Source: Candidatus Hermodarchaeota archaeon (lineage in GTDB: Archaea; Asgardarchaeota; Hermodarchaeia; Hermodarchaeales; Hermodarchaeaceae). From it: DNA of 19,479 nt. The DNA lies in the NCBI GenBank assembly GCA_016840065.1, contig JAEOTB010000017.1, positions 1 to 19,479 on the forward strand, read 5' to 3'. Each line of letters starts with the position of its first letter. Position 1 is the stretch's first letter. A program made the position numbers and the translations under genes. The notes under the pieces are model-generated. The model was not told where the DNA came from. It saw only the letters and a program-made list of their open reading frames with translations, and ran no database searches. Positions 1-7,582 of this stretch are shown here, one piece after another.

Positions 1-1541
1 AGTAGGGCGGGAAGGTCTTGAAATAGGTGTCAATGAATCGCTGGTGATCACCGAAAACAGTGCGCATCAGACCCGGCCATGGCTTCTTGATGACAAGATA
101 GCCACCCTCGTTCACACCGACTTCTTGCCCGGTCTCGTCAACGATTGCGGGTTCTATGCCAGGGAATGGAAGGGTACAGGAGCCAGGCTTGAGTGACACA
201 GCGCCAGGGATTGGAGTGATGACGACGCCGCCGGTTTCCGTCTGCCAGTATGTTAGTCGCCTGTAGGAGTTTTGCCTAGCAGGTATCGACAATAGGGCAG
301 CGGCTTTGTCCGACGACTTCGTAGTACCAGAGCCAGGCCTCGGGGTTGATTGGTTCGCCGACGGTTCCGAGGAGTTTGAGGCTGGTGAGGTCTCGTTTTC
401 TGACCCATTCGTCGCCGTGGCGCATGATGGCTCGGATGGCGGTGGGTGCGGTGTAGAATTGGTTTATCTTCCATTTTTCTACTACTGCCCAGAAGCGGTC
501 GGGTTCTGGGTAGGTGGGTACGCCTTCGAACATGACGCTGGTTGCGCCTGCGGCTAGGGGTCCGTAGACGATGTAGCTGTGGCCGGTGATCCATCCTATG
601 TCGGCGGTGCACCAGTAGATGTCTTCTTCTTGGTAGTCGAAGATGTACTTGAAGGTGGTCATGGTGAAGGTCATGTAGCCGCCGATGGTGTGGAGTACTC
701 CCTTGGGTTTGCCTGTTGAGCCGCTGGTGTAGAGGATGAAGAGGGTGTCTTCTGCGTCGAGTTGTTCGGGTTCGCATTTGTCTTGGACGTCTGGTTTTTC
801 TACTTCTTCGTGCCACCAGCTGTCTCTTTTTGCGGTCCAGTCTACTTCGATGCCGGTGCGTTTGACGACGATGCAGTGGCGTACGTTGGGGCAGCTCTTG
901 AGGGCTTTGTCTGCGTTGATTTTGAGTGGGATGGATTTTGTGCCGCGGTAGCTGCCGTCGCTTGTTATGACGCCGGTGCAATCGCTGTCAAGAATCCGGT
1001 CCTTAAGGGAATCGGCGCTGAAGCCTCCAAAAACCACCGAGTGGATGATGCCCAGGCGGGCGCAGGCAAGCACTGCGATGGCTAGCTCGGGGATCATGGG
1101 CATGTAGATGGCGATTCGGTCGCCTTTCTGGTAGCCGAATTTCTTGAGGACATTGGCGAATTTGTTGACCTCGTCGTAGAGCTGCTGGTAGGTGAAGGTG
1201 CGGCTCTCCTTGGGGTCGTTGCCCTCCCAGATGATGGCGATCTTGTCCTTGCGCTTGGTTTTGAGGTGGCGGTCTAGACATTGGTAGCTGGCGTTAATCT
1301 TGCCGCCTTTGAACCATGTGTGGCGGGCCTCTTTGGGGTCCCATGTGTGGATTGGTCCGGTCCATTTCTCGAACCAGTCGAGTTGTTCTGCTTGTTTTGC
1401 CCAGAATGCAGTTGGATCCCTGATTGACTCCTGATAGAGTTTCTGGAGTTCTTCTGGGCTTTTTATGTGAGCTTGTTTAGCGAAGGATTTGGATGGGTGG
1501 AAAACCCGTGCTTCCTTCGAGGTGATTTCAATCTTACTCAA
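1..1541 (-). CDS. acs: Acetyl-CoA synthetase (AMP-forming). Two exons: exon 1 is 1541-285 (419 codons) and exon 2 is 253 to <1 (continues beyond the window), separated by a putative 31-nt BHB intron
   Basis: Exon 1 has the ACS motifs [49 protein letters not shown] and [12 protein letters not shown]. My translation of 253-1 (minus) is [84 protein letters not shown], the expected ACS continuation with no stops. TTG start at 1541, with an in-frame TGA just upstream at 1550-1548. Confidence 0.95.
254..284 (-). other. Putative archaeal mRNA intron (31 nt) with a bulge-helix-bulge splice motif
   Basis: Minus-strand RNA: CUGCCCUAUU GUCG AU^A CCUG C UAGG CAAAACU CCUA CAGG CGAC UA^A C AUA CU GGCAG. 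Central 4-bp helix GUCG/CGAC, 3-nt bulges AUA and UAA on opposite strands, intron helix CCUG(C)UAGG/CCUACAGG, and exon-exon pairing UAU/AUA plus CUGCC/GGCAG after one U-C mismatch. Cleavage after the second bulge nucleotide on each side gives GUC GAU ACA UAC UGG CAG (VDTYWQ). Confidence 0.85.
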
Positions 1542-1576
1542 TATTGTTCACGTCTGGTGCTGGTTGTACACCTAAG

Positions 1577-1650
1577 GGTCTTGCAGGTGACGGTTCCCCT
1601 CCCCTCATATGGTATGGGAGTGAAGGGATGTGTGTCATCGCCTGAAGACC
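1577..1650 (-). other. Long stem-loop upstream of acs (candidate structured leader or small RNA with a relaxed BHB-like junction)
   Basis: Minus strand: GGUCUU/AAGACC, single C bulge, CAGG/CCUG, 3-nt bulge CGA, UGAC/GUCA, then UCCCUU/AGGGGA, CUCC/GGGG and CAUA/UAUG. The G-U pairs work only on the minus strand. Confidence 0.5.
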
Positions 1651-1651
1651 A

Positions 1652-1676
1652 TTATATAAAAATTCTGGATTTTTAT
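1652..1676. promoter_or_regulatory. TATA-like element overlapping the inverted repeat ATAAAAAT-N5-ATTTTTAT, between divergent acs and the PAS gene
   Basis: TTATATAAAAA at 1652-1662 (reads TTTTTATATAA on the minus strand). 8-bp inverted repeat at 1656-1663 and 1669-1676. Confidence 0.5.
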
Positions 1677-1844
1677 CAAACCAAAGAAGAAAAACTGCGA
1701 AAATCCACTTTACATTTCTCGAAAACATGTACTGGAAAGAAGCCTTTTAGTGCGATAGTTGATTATAGTGTGTTAGCGTCTCTGCTTGTCATGTGATGGC
1801 GGATCGGGTTAGACGCTAGAACGAATGATTGAGGTTGTGTTCTC

Positions 1845-4800
1845 ATGGTTCCAGCTGCGAAAGGCGGTTCATCTTTAAAGCTTAAGTCTACTCTCTTTCA
1901 ACTTTTGGCAGACAAGTCATCCTATGGTATCCTTATCTTCAGGGGCGAGAAGGTGTTTTATGTCAACAAGCAATTATCAAAGATATCAGGATACACACTT
2001 AAGCAGTTGAGAGCCTGGAGCATACAAGACTTCATTTCGATGATCAACGAGGAGGATAGAGGCAAGGCTCTTGAGGTATACGGGGACTTGGTTGGAGGCA
2101 AATCTGTTTCGTATCATTATCAGTTTAGGTTTCCTCACAAGAAGAAGGGAATGCGCTGGGTTGACGGTACTGGCATCTTAGTGAAGGTTGACGAAGAGGC
2201 TTTTCTTCAGGTTAGGTTAATTGATATCACTGACCACAAGCAGTTGGAGATAACAGTTGAAGAGTCGGAGGCGAAGTATCGGTCCTTTGTGGAGAACTTC
2301 CATGGTATTGCCTACCGCGCAATCATTGGTGGTGTTGTAGAATTTTTCCACGGTGATGTTGAAGAAATAACTGGCTACCATGAGGAGGACTTTGTGTCCG
2401 GTCGAGTGCTCTGGGATAAACTGATTCACCCAGATGATTGGGGGCGTATTGAAGCTAATTGGGAGCGGATTGGGTCTGAACCAGGCGCATTTAGTGACAG
2501 GGAGTATCGCATTATCCGAAAGGATGGAGCTATTCGGTGGATTCGTGATTTCGTTAGGAATATCTGTGACGCGAGTGGTAAGCCAGCCAATGTAGAGGGC
2601 GTACTCTACGATATCACGGAGCGGAAACGGATGGAGGAAGCTTTTCACTCGCTCGTTGAGTACTCTTTACAGGGATTAGTAATCATTCAGGGTGACCGCA
2701 TTGTCTTTACAAATACTGCCTTTGCTGAAACCCTCGGTTATACTGTAGAGGAGATACTAGCGTGGTCGCCTAAACAGGTGAGAGCTTATGTCCACCCTGA
2801 TGACCAATCTCTTGTTTGGGGGCGATTTGAGGCACGTCTTAAAGGTGAGCATCCTCCTAATAACTATGAATTCCGTGTTGTCTGTAAAGACAAGTCTGTG
2901 CGTTGGCTAGAAGTTTTCGCTCAACCCATCGAATACCAAGAGAAGCCTGCTGTTCAGGCATCCTACATTGACATAACTGAGCGAAAGCTAGCAGAAGAGG
3001 CTCAACGCGAGTCTGAAGCGAAATACCGTAGCCTCATGGAACAAACACAAGAAGGCATTGTCATCGGACAAACCCCACCCCCCCGCCTTATCTTTGCGAA
3101 TCCTGCGATGAGGACCATACTGGGCTATACTCCCGAGGAACTCACCACAATGCCCCCTGAAGCGTTATTAACGCTAATTCATCCAGATGATCGAGATATG
3201 TTCTTTGGACGTTTTGTAGATCGCATTACAGGAAAACCAGCCCCATCTCGATATGAGGTTAGAGGAATAAGAAAGGATGGAACGGTTCGTTGGATTGAAG
3301 TCTTCTCTCGTCGAATCCAATATGAGGGGCAGCCAGCAGCCCATGCCACCTTCGTTGACATCACTGAGCAAAAACTGGCGGAGAAGGCGCTGCAGGTCTC
3401 AGAAGCGAAGTACAGAGCAGTAATTGATCAGATGCAGGAAGGTCTTATAATCTTCCAAGATGAGCGAGTTGTTTTCGCTAATCCTGCTATAGAGAAAATT
3501 ACCGGATACACAGTAGAGGAGATTCTAGCTCTTCCCTCGACAATGCTCTGGGAAGGCATATACCTTGAGGACCGAGAGAAGGTTATGAGGTATTTCCAAG
3601 ATCGCTTTGCGGGTAAGGAGGTTCCATCCCACTACACGATTCGAATGATACGAAAGGATGAATCGGTCTATTGGGCAGAGTTGTCAGTTCAGGTCATTGA
3701 GTATTTAGGTAAGCCAGCGATACAGGCTAGTTATATCGACGTTTCTGACCGTAGGGAAGCAGAGTTAGCAGCTAAAGAATCAGAGAAGCGTTATAGAGAT
3801 CTTTTCGATCATGTTCCCATTGGGCTTTACATTACCTCACCTGATGGTCAAATCATCGATGCGAATCCAGCATTGGTGGAGGTGCTAGGCCATAAAGATA
3901 GGGAATCCCTCCTTGCTAGGAAGGCATCAGAGTTCTATGTTAATCCTGAGGTGCGGCAGCAATGGCTAGACCTTATGACTCATGAGGGTGTAGTCCGTGA
4001 TTTCGAGGCACAGTTCCAGCTACCTGATGGTCGCTTGATCTGGATTGTGAATAACGCAAGAGCCATCCTTGATAATAGCGGCAAAGTACTCTATAACGAA
4101 GGATCTATGGAGGACATCACAGAGCGAAAGATTGCCCAAGAAGGGCTTGCCGCTTCTGAGGCTAAGTTTAGGGCGTTGGTCGAAGAAACTTCGGACTGGG
4201 TCGTGGAACTGGATTCTGAGGGGAGGGTGACTTACTCGAATAACGCCATTGAAGGAGCTCTGGGTATCACTGCTGGCCAGATTCTTGGGCGTTCAATCTT
4301 TGAGTTCATGGTTGAAGAAGCTGGTCCGCCGGCTAAGGCAGCCTATAGCCAGTATGTTTTGAAAGGCAAACCCTTTGAGAACCTCGTGTACAGGTTCACT
4401 CATAGGACAGGTCAGATGATTATCCTTGAGGGAGGGGGACGCCCAGTCTTTGATGAACAGCACCGTGTAACTGGCTTTCGAGGGATTTTCCGGAACATAA
4501 CAGAACGTGTAGAAGCAGCTAGTGTAATTCGGGAATCTGAGGAGAAATACAGATACCTGGTGGAGCAATCATTGCAGGGGCTCGCAATAATCCAGGGAGA
4601 TCCTCCTCGAATAGTCTTTGCGAATCCTGCTTTTGCAGAGATGCTAGGCTATGCTCCTGACCAGTTAATCGCTTTCTCGGCCGAGTCGGTTAGAAGAATC
4701 ATCCCAGCTGAGGATTATCCAATGCTGATAGAACGATTCGGTGAACTGATTTCTGGTGCACCTTCATTCCCACGTATCATACGTATGGTGAGAAAGGATG

Positions 4801-6341
4801 AAGATATCCGATTAGTGCAGGTCTTTGGACACCGCATTGAATACGAAGGTCAACCAGCACTTCAACTATATGGGATTGATGCCACAGAACATAAGGAAGT
4901 CGAAACGGAATATCGCACATTGGTGGAAGCTACACCTGACGCTATCATTTTGACTGATTTGCAGGGCATTATCCTAATGGTAAATGAGCAGACCGTGCAG
5001 TTCTATGGCTATACTCGCGAAGAACTCATAGGAATGAATTCCTTTAATCTTGTTGTAAAAGAGGAACAGCAACGCGCAGCGGGAGAGTTACAGAGGCTGC
5101 TCCAGGGTAAAAGTGTAAGTGCTGTTGAATTCAAAGCCCTTAGAAAGGATGGGACCATGGTAGCCATAGAGCTAAACGCAACACCGATTATGGATCCAGA
5201 TGGGACGCCACGGGCTTTTCTTACAATTGGAAGAGACATCAGTGAACGTGAAGCAACATTTGCTATTATTCGAGAACGCGAGGAACAATATCGTTTGCTC
5301 TATGAGAACACAGTAGCTGGCATCTTTCTTGTCGACAACCAAGGAGAAATAATGATGTGTAACGCCTACGGTGCAGAACTCTTTGGATACAAACCATCTG
5401 AACTTGCAGGAACGAAGTTTGAGTCGTTACTTCATCCAGAGGATAAAGAAAGAATTCTACAGCGTTTTCAAGAGGGAATTGAACAGGGTAGAACGCTTGT
5501 AAGTGGGATAGAGGGAATAGGACTTCGAAAGGATGGATCCACTTTCCATTATCATGTAACCAGTACAGCTCTCGGAAAGGATGGCATGGTCGATGGCTTT
5601 CAATCCGTAATTCTTGATATCACTTCGATAAAAGAGACTCAGGCTGAGCTTCAGGCGGAACAGGACCGCATCGAGTTCCTCAATGACCTGATGGTCCATG
5701 ACCTCATCAATGTCAACCAAGGTATCCTTTCAGTGCTAGAACTTCAATTGAGAGAACCCACCCTCCCCGAAGGCTTCAGGGAACTCGTAGAGCTTGCGCT
5801 TTCACAGGTCACTCGAAGCACAGCCCTTATCGCTAGGATGAGACGACTTTCCCGTATTAAAACAGAGATTCCCCAATTTGAGAAAAGGGATATTGCAGTG
5901 ACCCTTCATTCTGCTGTAGAGTCCTTGGAGGAGGTTATTCCAGATAAGACCTTGCAGCTGGAGACTAATGTAGAAGCAGGAAAGTATATCGTGCTAGCTG
6001 ATTCTCTTCTCTATGACCTCTTCTATAATCTAATCTATCGCGCCTTGAAGATTGACGAGCAGAAACAGGTTAGAGTGAATCTCATGGTAGGTCCTGCCAA
6101 GTCCAAAGGGTTTCTCCAGATTCTTTACAAGGATTATGTCCCCACAAGTTCAGCTGAAGAAGGCGTCCATCTTGTTGGTAGAGTTACTGGCGATACAGCA
6201 GCACTTGACCTGGGAATCAGTCTCACTCTAGTTGAGCGCATCGTAATGAGATATGGAGGGAAAGTCTGGGTTCAGGATCCCACCCCTGATAGCCCAGCAG
6301 AGGGCACAATCCTCATTATCCTCCTTCCCAAACCAAACTAA
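1845..6341 (+). CDS. Multi-PAS (about 10 PAS/PAC domains) sensor protein with a C-terminal degenerate HisKA/HATPase module
   Basis: Ten repeats that start with (Y/F)RxLVE-like helices and end in DITERK-like motifs. The C-terminus has an H-box (LMVHDLIN), an N-box-like FYNLIYRALK and LVERIVMRYGGKVWV. No transmembrane helix is evident. Confidence 0.92.
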   Translation: MVPAAKGGSSLKLKSTLFQLLADKSSYGILIFRGEKVFYVNKQLSKISGYTLKQLRAWSIQDFISMINEEDRGKALEVYGDLVGGKSVSYHYQFRFPHKKKGMRWVDGTGILVKVDEEAFLQVRLIDITDHKQLEITVEESEAKYRSFVENFHGIAYRAIIGGVVEFFHGDVEEITGYHEEDFVSGRVLWDKLIHPDDWGRIEANWERIGSEPGAFSDREYRIIRKDGAIRWIRDFVRNICDASGKPANVEGVLYDITERKRMEEAFHSLVEYSLQGLVIIQGDRIVFTNTAFAETLGYTVEEILAWSPKQVRAYVHPDDQSLVWGRFEARLKGEHPPNNYEFRVVCKDKSVRWLEVFAQPIEYQEKPAVQASYIDITERKLAEEAQRESEAKYRSLMEQTQEGIVIGQTPPPRLIFANPAMRTILGYTPEELTTMPPEALLTLIHPDDRDMFFGRFVDRITGKPAPSRYEVRGIRKDGTVRWIEVFSRRIQYEGQPAAHATFVDITEQKLAEKALQVSEAKYRAVIDQMQEGLIIFQDERVVFANPAIEKITGYTVEEILALPSTMLWEGIYLEDREKVMRYFQDRFAGKEVPSHYTIRMIRKDESVYWAELSVQVIEYLGKPAIQASYIDVSDRREAELAAKESEKRYRDLFDHVPIGLYITSPDGQIIDANPALVEVLGHKDRESLLARKASEFYVNPEVRQQWLDLMTHEGVVRDFEAQFQLPDGRLIWIVNNARAILDNSGKVLYNEGSMEDITERKIAQEGLAASEAKFRALVEETSDWVVELDSEGRVTYSNNAIEGALGITAGQILGRSIFEFMVEEAGPPAKAAYSQYVLKGKPFENLVYRFTHRTGQMIILEGGGRPVFDEQHRVTGFRGIFRNITERVEAASVIRESEEKYRYLVEQSLQGLAIIQGDPPRIVFANPAFAEMLGYAPDQLIAFSAESVRRIIPAEDYPMLIERFGELISGAPSFPRIIRMVRKDEDIRLVQVFGHRIEYEGQPALQLYGIDATEHKEVETEYRTLVEATPDAIILTDLQGIILMVNEQTVQFYGYTREELIGMNSFNLVVKEEQQRAAGELQRLLQGKSVSAVEFKALRKDGTMVAIELNATPIMDPDGTPRAFLTIGRDISEREATFAIIREREEQYRLLYENTVAGIFLVDNQGEIMMCNAYGAELFGYKPSELAGTKFESLLHPEDKERILQRFQEGIEQGRTLVSGIEGIGLRKDGSTFHYHVTSTALGKDGMVDGFQSVILDITSIKETQAELQAEQDRIEFLNDLMVHDLINVNQGILSVLELQLREPTLPEGFRELVELALSQVTRSTALIARMRRLSRIKTEIPQFEKRDIAVTLHSAVESLEEVIPDKTLQLETNVEAGKYIVLADSLLYDLFYNLIYRALKIDEQKQVRVNLMVGPAKSKGFLQILYKDYVPTSSAEEGVHLVGRVTGDTAALDLGISLTLVERIVMRYGGKVWVQDPTPDSPAEGTILIILLPKPN

Positions 6342-6403
6342 TGTAATACTCTCCATTCATTTGAAAGGGAAATAGGCTAATAAGGCTCTAATTGGAGTTT
6401 CTC

Positions 6404-6604
6404 CTATCTTGAGCGCTGGCGGCGAGCAGCAAACCAGCACAAAAGAGTGAGTGCGAAGAAGAAGACTCCAAGAACCACAAACAACTCACCCAGAAACATA
6501 TTACCAATGAAATAGAAGGCACCACCCAGAAGTAGGATGGAAAACCCTATGACAACAAACAAGGAAACGACAAGAAGTGAAGGACGTGAAGAAGTTGAAG
6601 ACAC
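6404..6604 (-). CDS. Small hypothetical membrane protein (two transmembrane helices, basic C-terminal tail)
   Basis: Two hydrophobic stretches followed by ARRQRSR. GGAGATG RBS-like sequence lies 8 nt before the GTG start. Overlaps the possible 5' end of the opposite-strand gene. Confidence 0.5.
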   Translation of the reverse strand: MSSTSSRPSLLVVSLFVVIGFSILLLGGAFYFIGNMFLGELFVVLGVFFFALTLLCWFAARRQRSR

Positions 6605-7157
6605 TGGTAGACCATCTCCGATGGACCTGATTATTTACATCGTCATAGCTATTTTAGTTACGGTTATAGTATATTTTCTACCTGACATCTTCTTCTCCTT
6701 CTATCTCGCCATCCCAACCGCATATATCTCCTCTGTGATGCTCAATGGTTTGGGAGTGCCAGCACCTTTTGTAGTGGACTGGGCGCAGGCTGGAGTCTTT
6801 GTCGGAAACTACCAGATTATCAAAGACTGTACAGGGGTGCAGGTGATTGCTGTCTTTGCTGGCCTGATCTTTCCCTTACCTCGAGGGACCTGGCGGAGGA
6901 AAGGGTTGTCGATGGCTGTTGTGTCTGTAATACTATTTGTTGCGAATATCCTCCGGGTCGTCTATGAGATATGGCTGGTAGAGATGGGAATTCTGCCTTG
7001 GGAGTTGGCTCATTATCCAATGTCCTTTGTGCTCGGGGTTGCGGGGGTCTTCGTCCTCTGCCTTGTGGCAATTTGGCTACTACCCGGGTTCATCGAAACG
7101 TTTGAGGATATGCTCTACTATCTTTTCCCCCCGAAAGATAAGGGAGCTACTGGGTAG
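6549..7157 (+). CDS. Archaeosortase/exosortase family transpeptidase (start uncertain: 6537, 6549 or 6621)
   Basis: Multi-pass membrane protein with the family's Cys-Arg-His pattern: IIKDCTG, ANILRV, LAHY. Confidence 0.8.
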   Translation: MTTNKETTRSEGREEVEDTGRPSPMDLIIYIVIAILVTVIVYFLPDIFFSFYLAIPTAYISSVMLNGLGVPAPFVVDWAQAGVFVGNYQIIKDCTGVQVIAVFAGLIFPLPRGTWRRKGLSMAVVSVILFVANILRVVYEIWLVEMGILPWELAHYPMSFVLGVAGVFVLCLVAIWLLPGFIETFEDMLYYLFPPKDKGATG

Positions 7158-7335
7158 TGATTGCAGGAACTGGTCTTTGAGGATATTACACCCTTTATAA
7201 CTGGGTGTTTTACTTATCCGGCTGCCTCTCAGCGATTAAAAGCACAATCGTGGTATGATGGGCTAGCCATCGTGGTCAAGGATTCAGGCGTGCTAGGTTT
7301 TAAACGCCCTCTTGATCGGTGGAGTTTGGTTGGCT

Positions 7336-7482
7336 ATGGTGCTGGTCTTTAGGTGGCAAGAATGTGAGACTTGCCTCTATTGCTGGATAGGTTTACCCCA
7401 TTCTTGTCCCGAGTGCGGTTCACATTGTGTTCACTCACCGGAAACCATGGAAGAGGCTGCAGATATTCGGAACGATTCCTGA
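7336..7482 (+). CDS. Small CPxCG-type zinc-finger (zinc-ribbon) protein, 48 aa, absent from the ORF track
   Basis: MVLVFRWQECETCLYCWIGLPHSCPECGSHCVHSPETMEEAADIRNDS*, with CxxC and CPECG knuckles. GGAG at 7321-7324 and TTTTAAA near 7298-7304 upstream. Confidence 0.75.
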   Translation: MVLVFRWQECETCLYCWIGLPHSCPECGSHCVHSPETMEEAADIRNDS

Positions 7483-7582
7483 GCATAGAGATCAAGCTTC
7501 TCAGAAATGTGTAGCCTATTCAGGGGTCGTTGGATAATCTTAAAGCGAGTCTGGCTCATTAAGATGATTTGTGGGATTTGAG

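Noticed and set aside
251-262. GACUAAC resembles a spliceosomal branch point
   Set aside because: The insert has no GU...AG boundaries and the word straddles the 3' junction. It is fully explained as the BHB helix plus bulge.
276-278. TAG in acs read as pyrrolysine or stop-codon readthrough, given the hairpin next to it
   Set aside because: Readthrough stays in the wrong frame ([17 protein letters not shown]...). The conserved YWQTETGG lies in a different frame, so 31 nt must be removed.
254-284. Programmed ribosomal frameshift as the repair mechanism
   Set aside because: There is no slippery site before the stop, and a shift would leave about 10 extra residues inside the AMP-binding motif. 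BHB excision restores the motif exactly.
254-284. MITE or transposon footprint with an AC target duplication
   Set aside because: Not formally excluded. However, the pairing extends asymmetrically into exon sequence in BHB geometry instead of forming terminal inverted repeats, and no IS or second copy is in the window.
253-1281. Alternative-frame and antisense ORFs over acs (253-981, 306-557, 736-951, 762-1085, 1003-1281)
   Set aside because: Arg/His/Pro-rich or low-information shadows caused by the codon bias of acs.
1577-1650. C/D-box sRNA interpretation (GCGAUGA resembles a C box; CUGA occurs on the plus strand)
   Set aside because: The C-like and D-like words lie on opposite strands, so no matched box pair exists.
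1467-1796. ORFs 1467-1796 (+) and 1534-1728 (-)
   Set aside because: They run through promoter-like AT-rich DNA and the hairpin and show no protein motifs. 1534-1728 is not in frame with acs.
7161-7352. 63-aa ORF from the track
   Set aside because: No recognisable features. It crosses TATA-like boxes and overlaps the better-supported zinc-finger ORF at 7336-7482.
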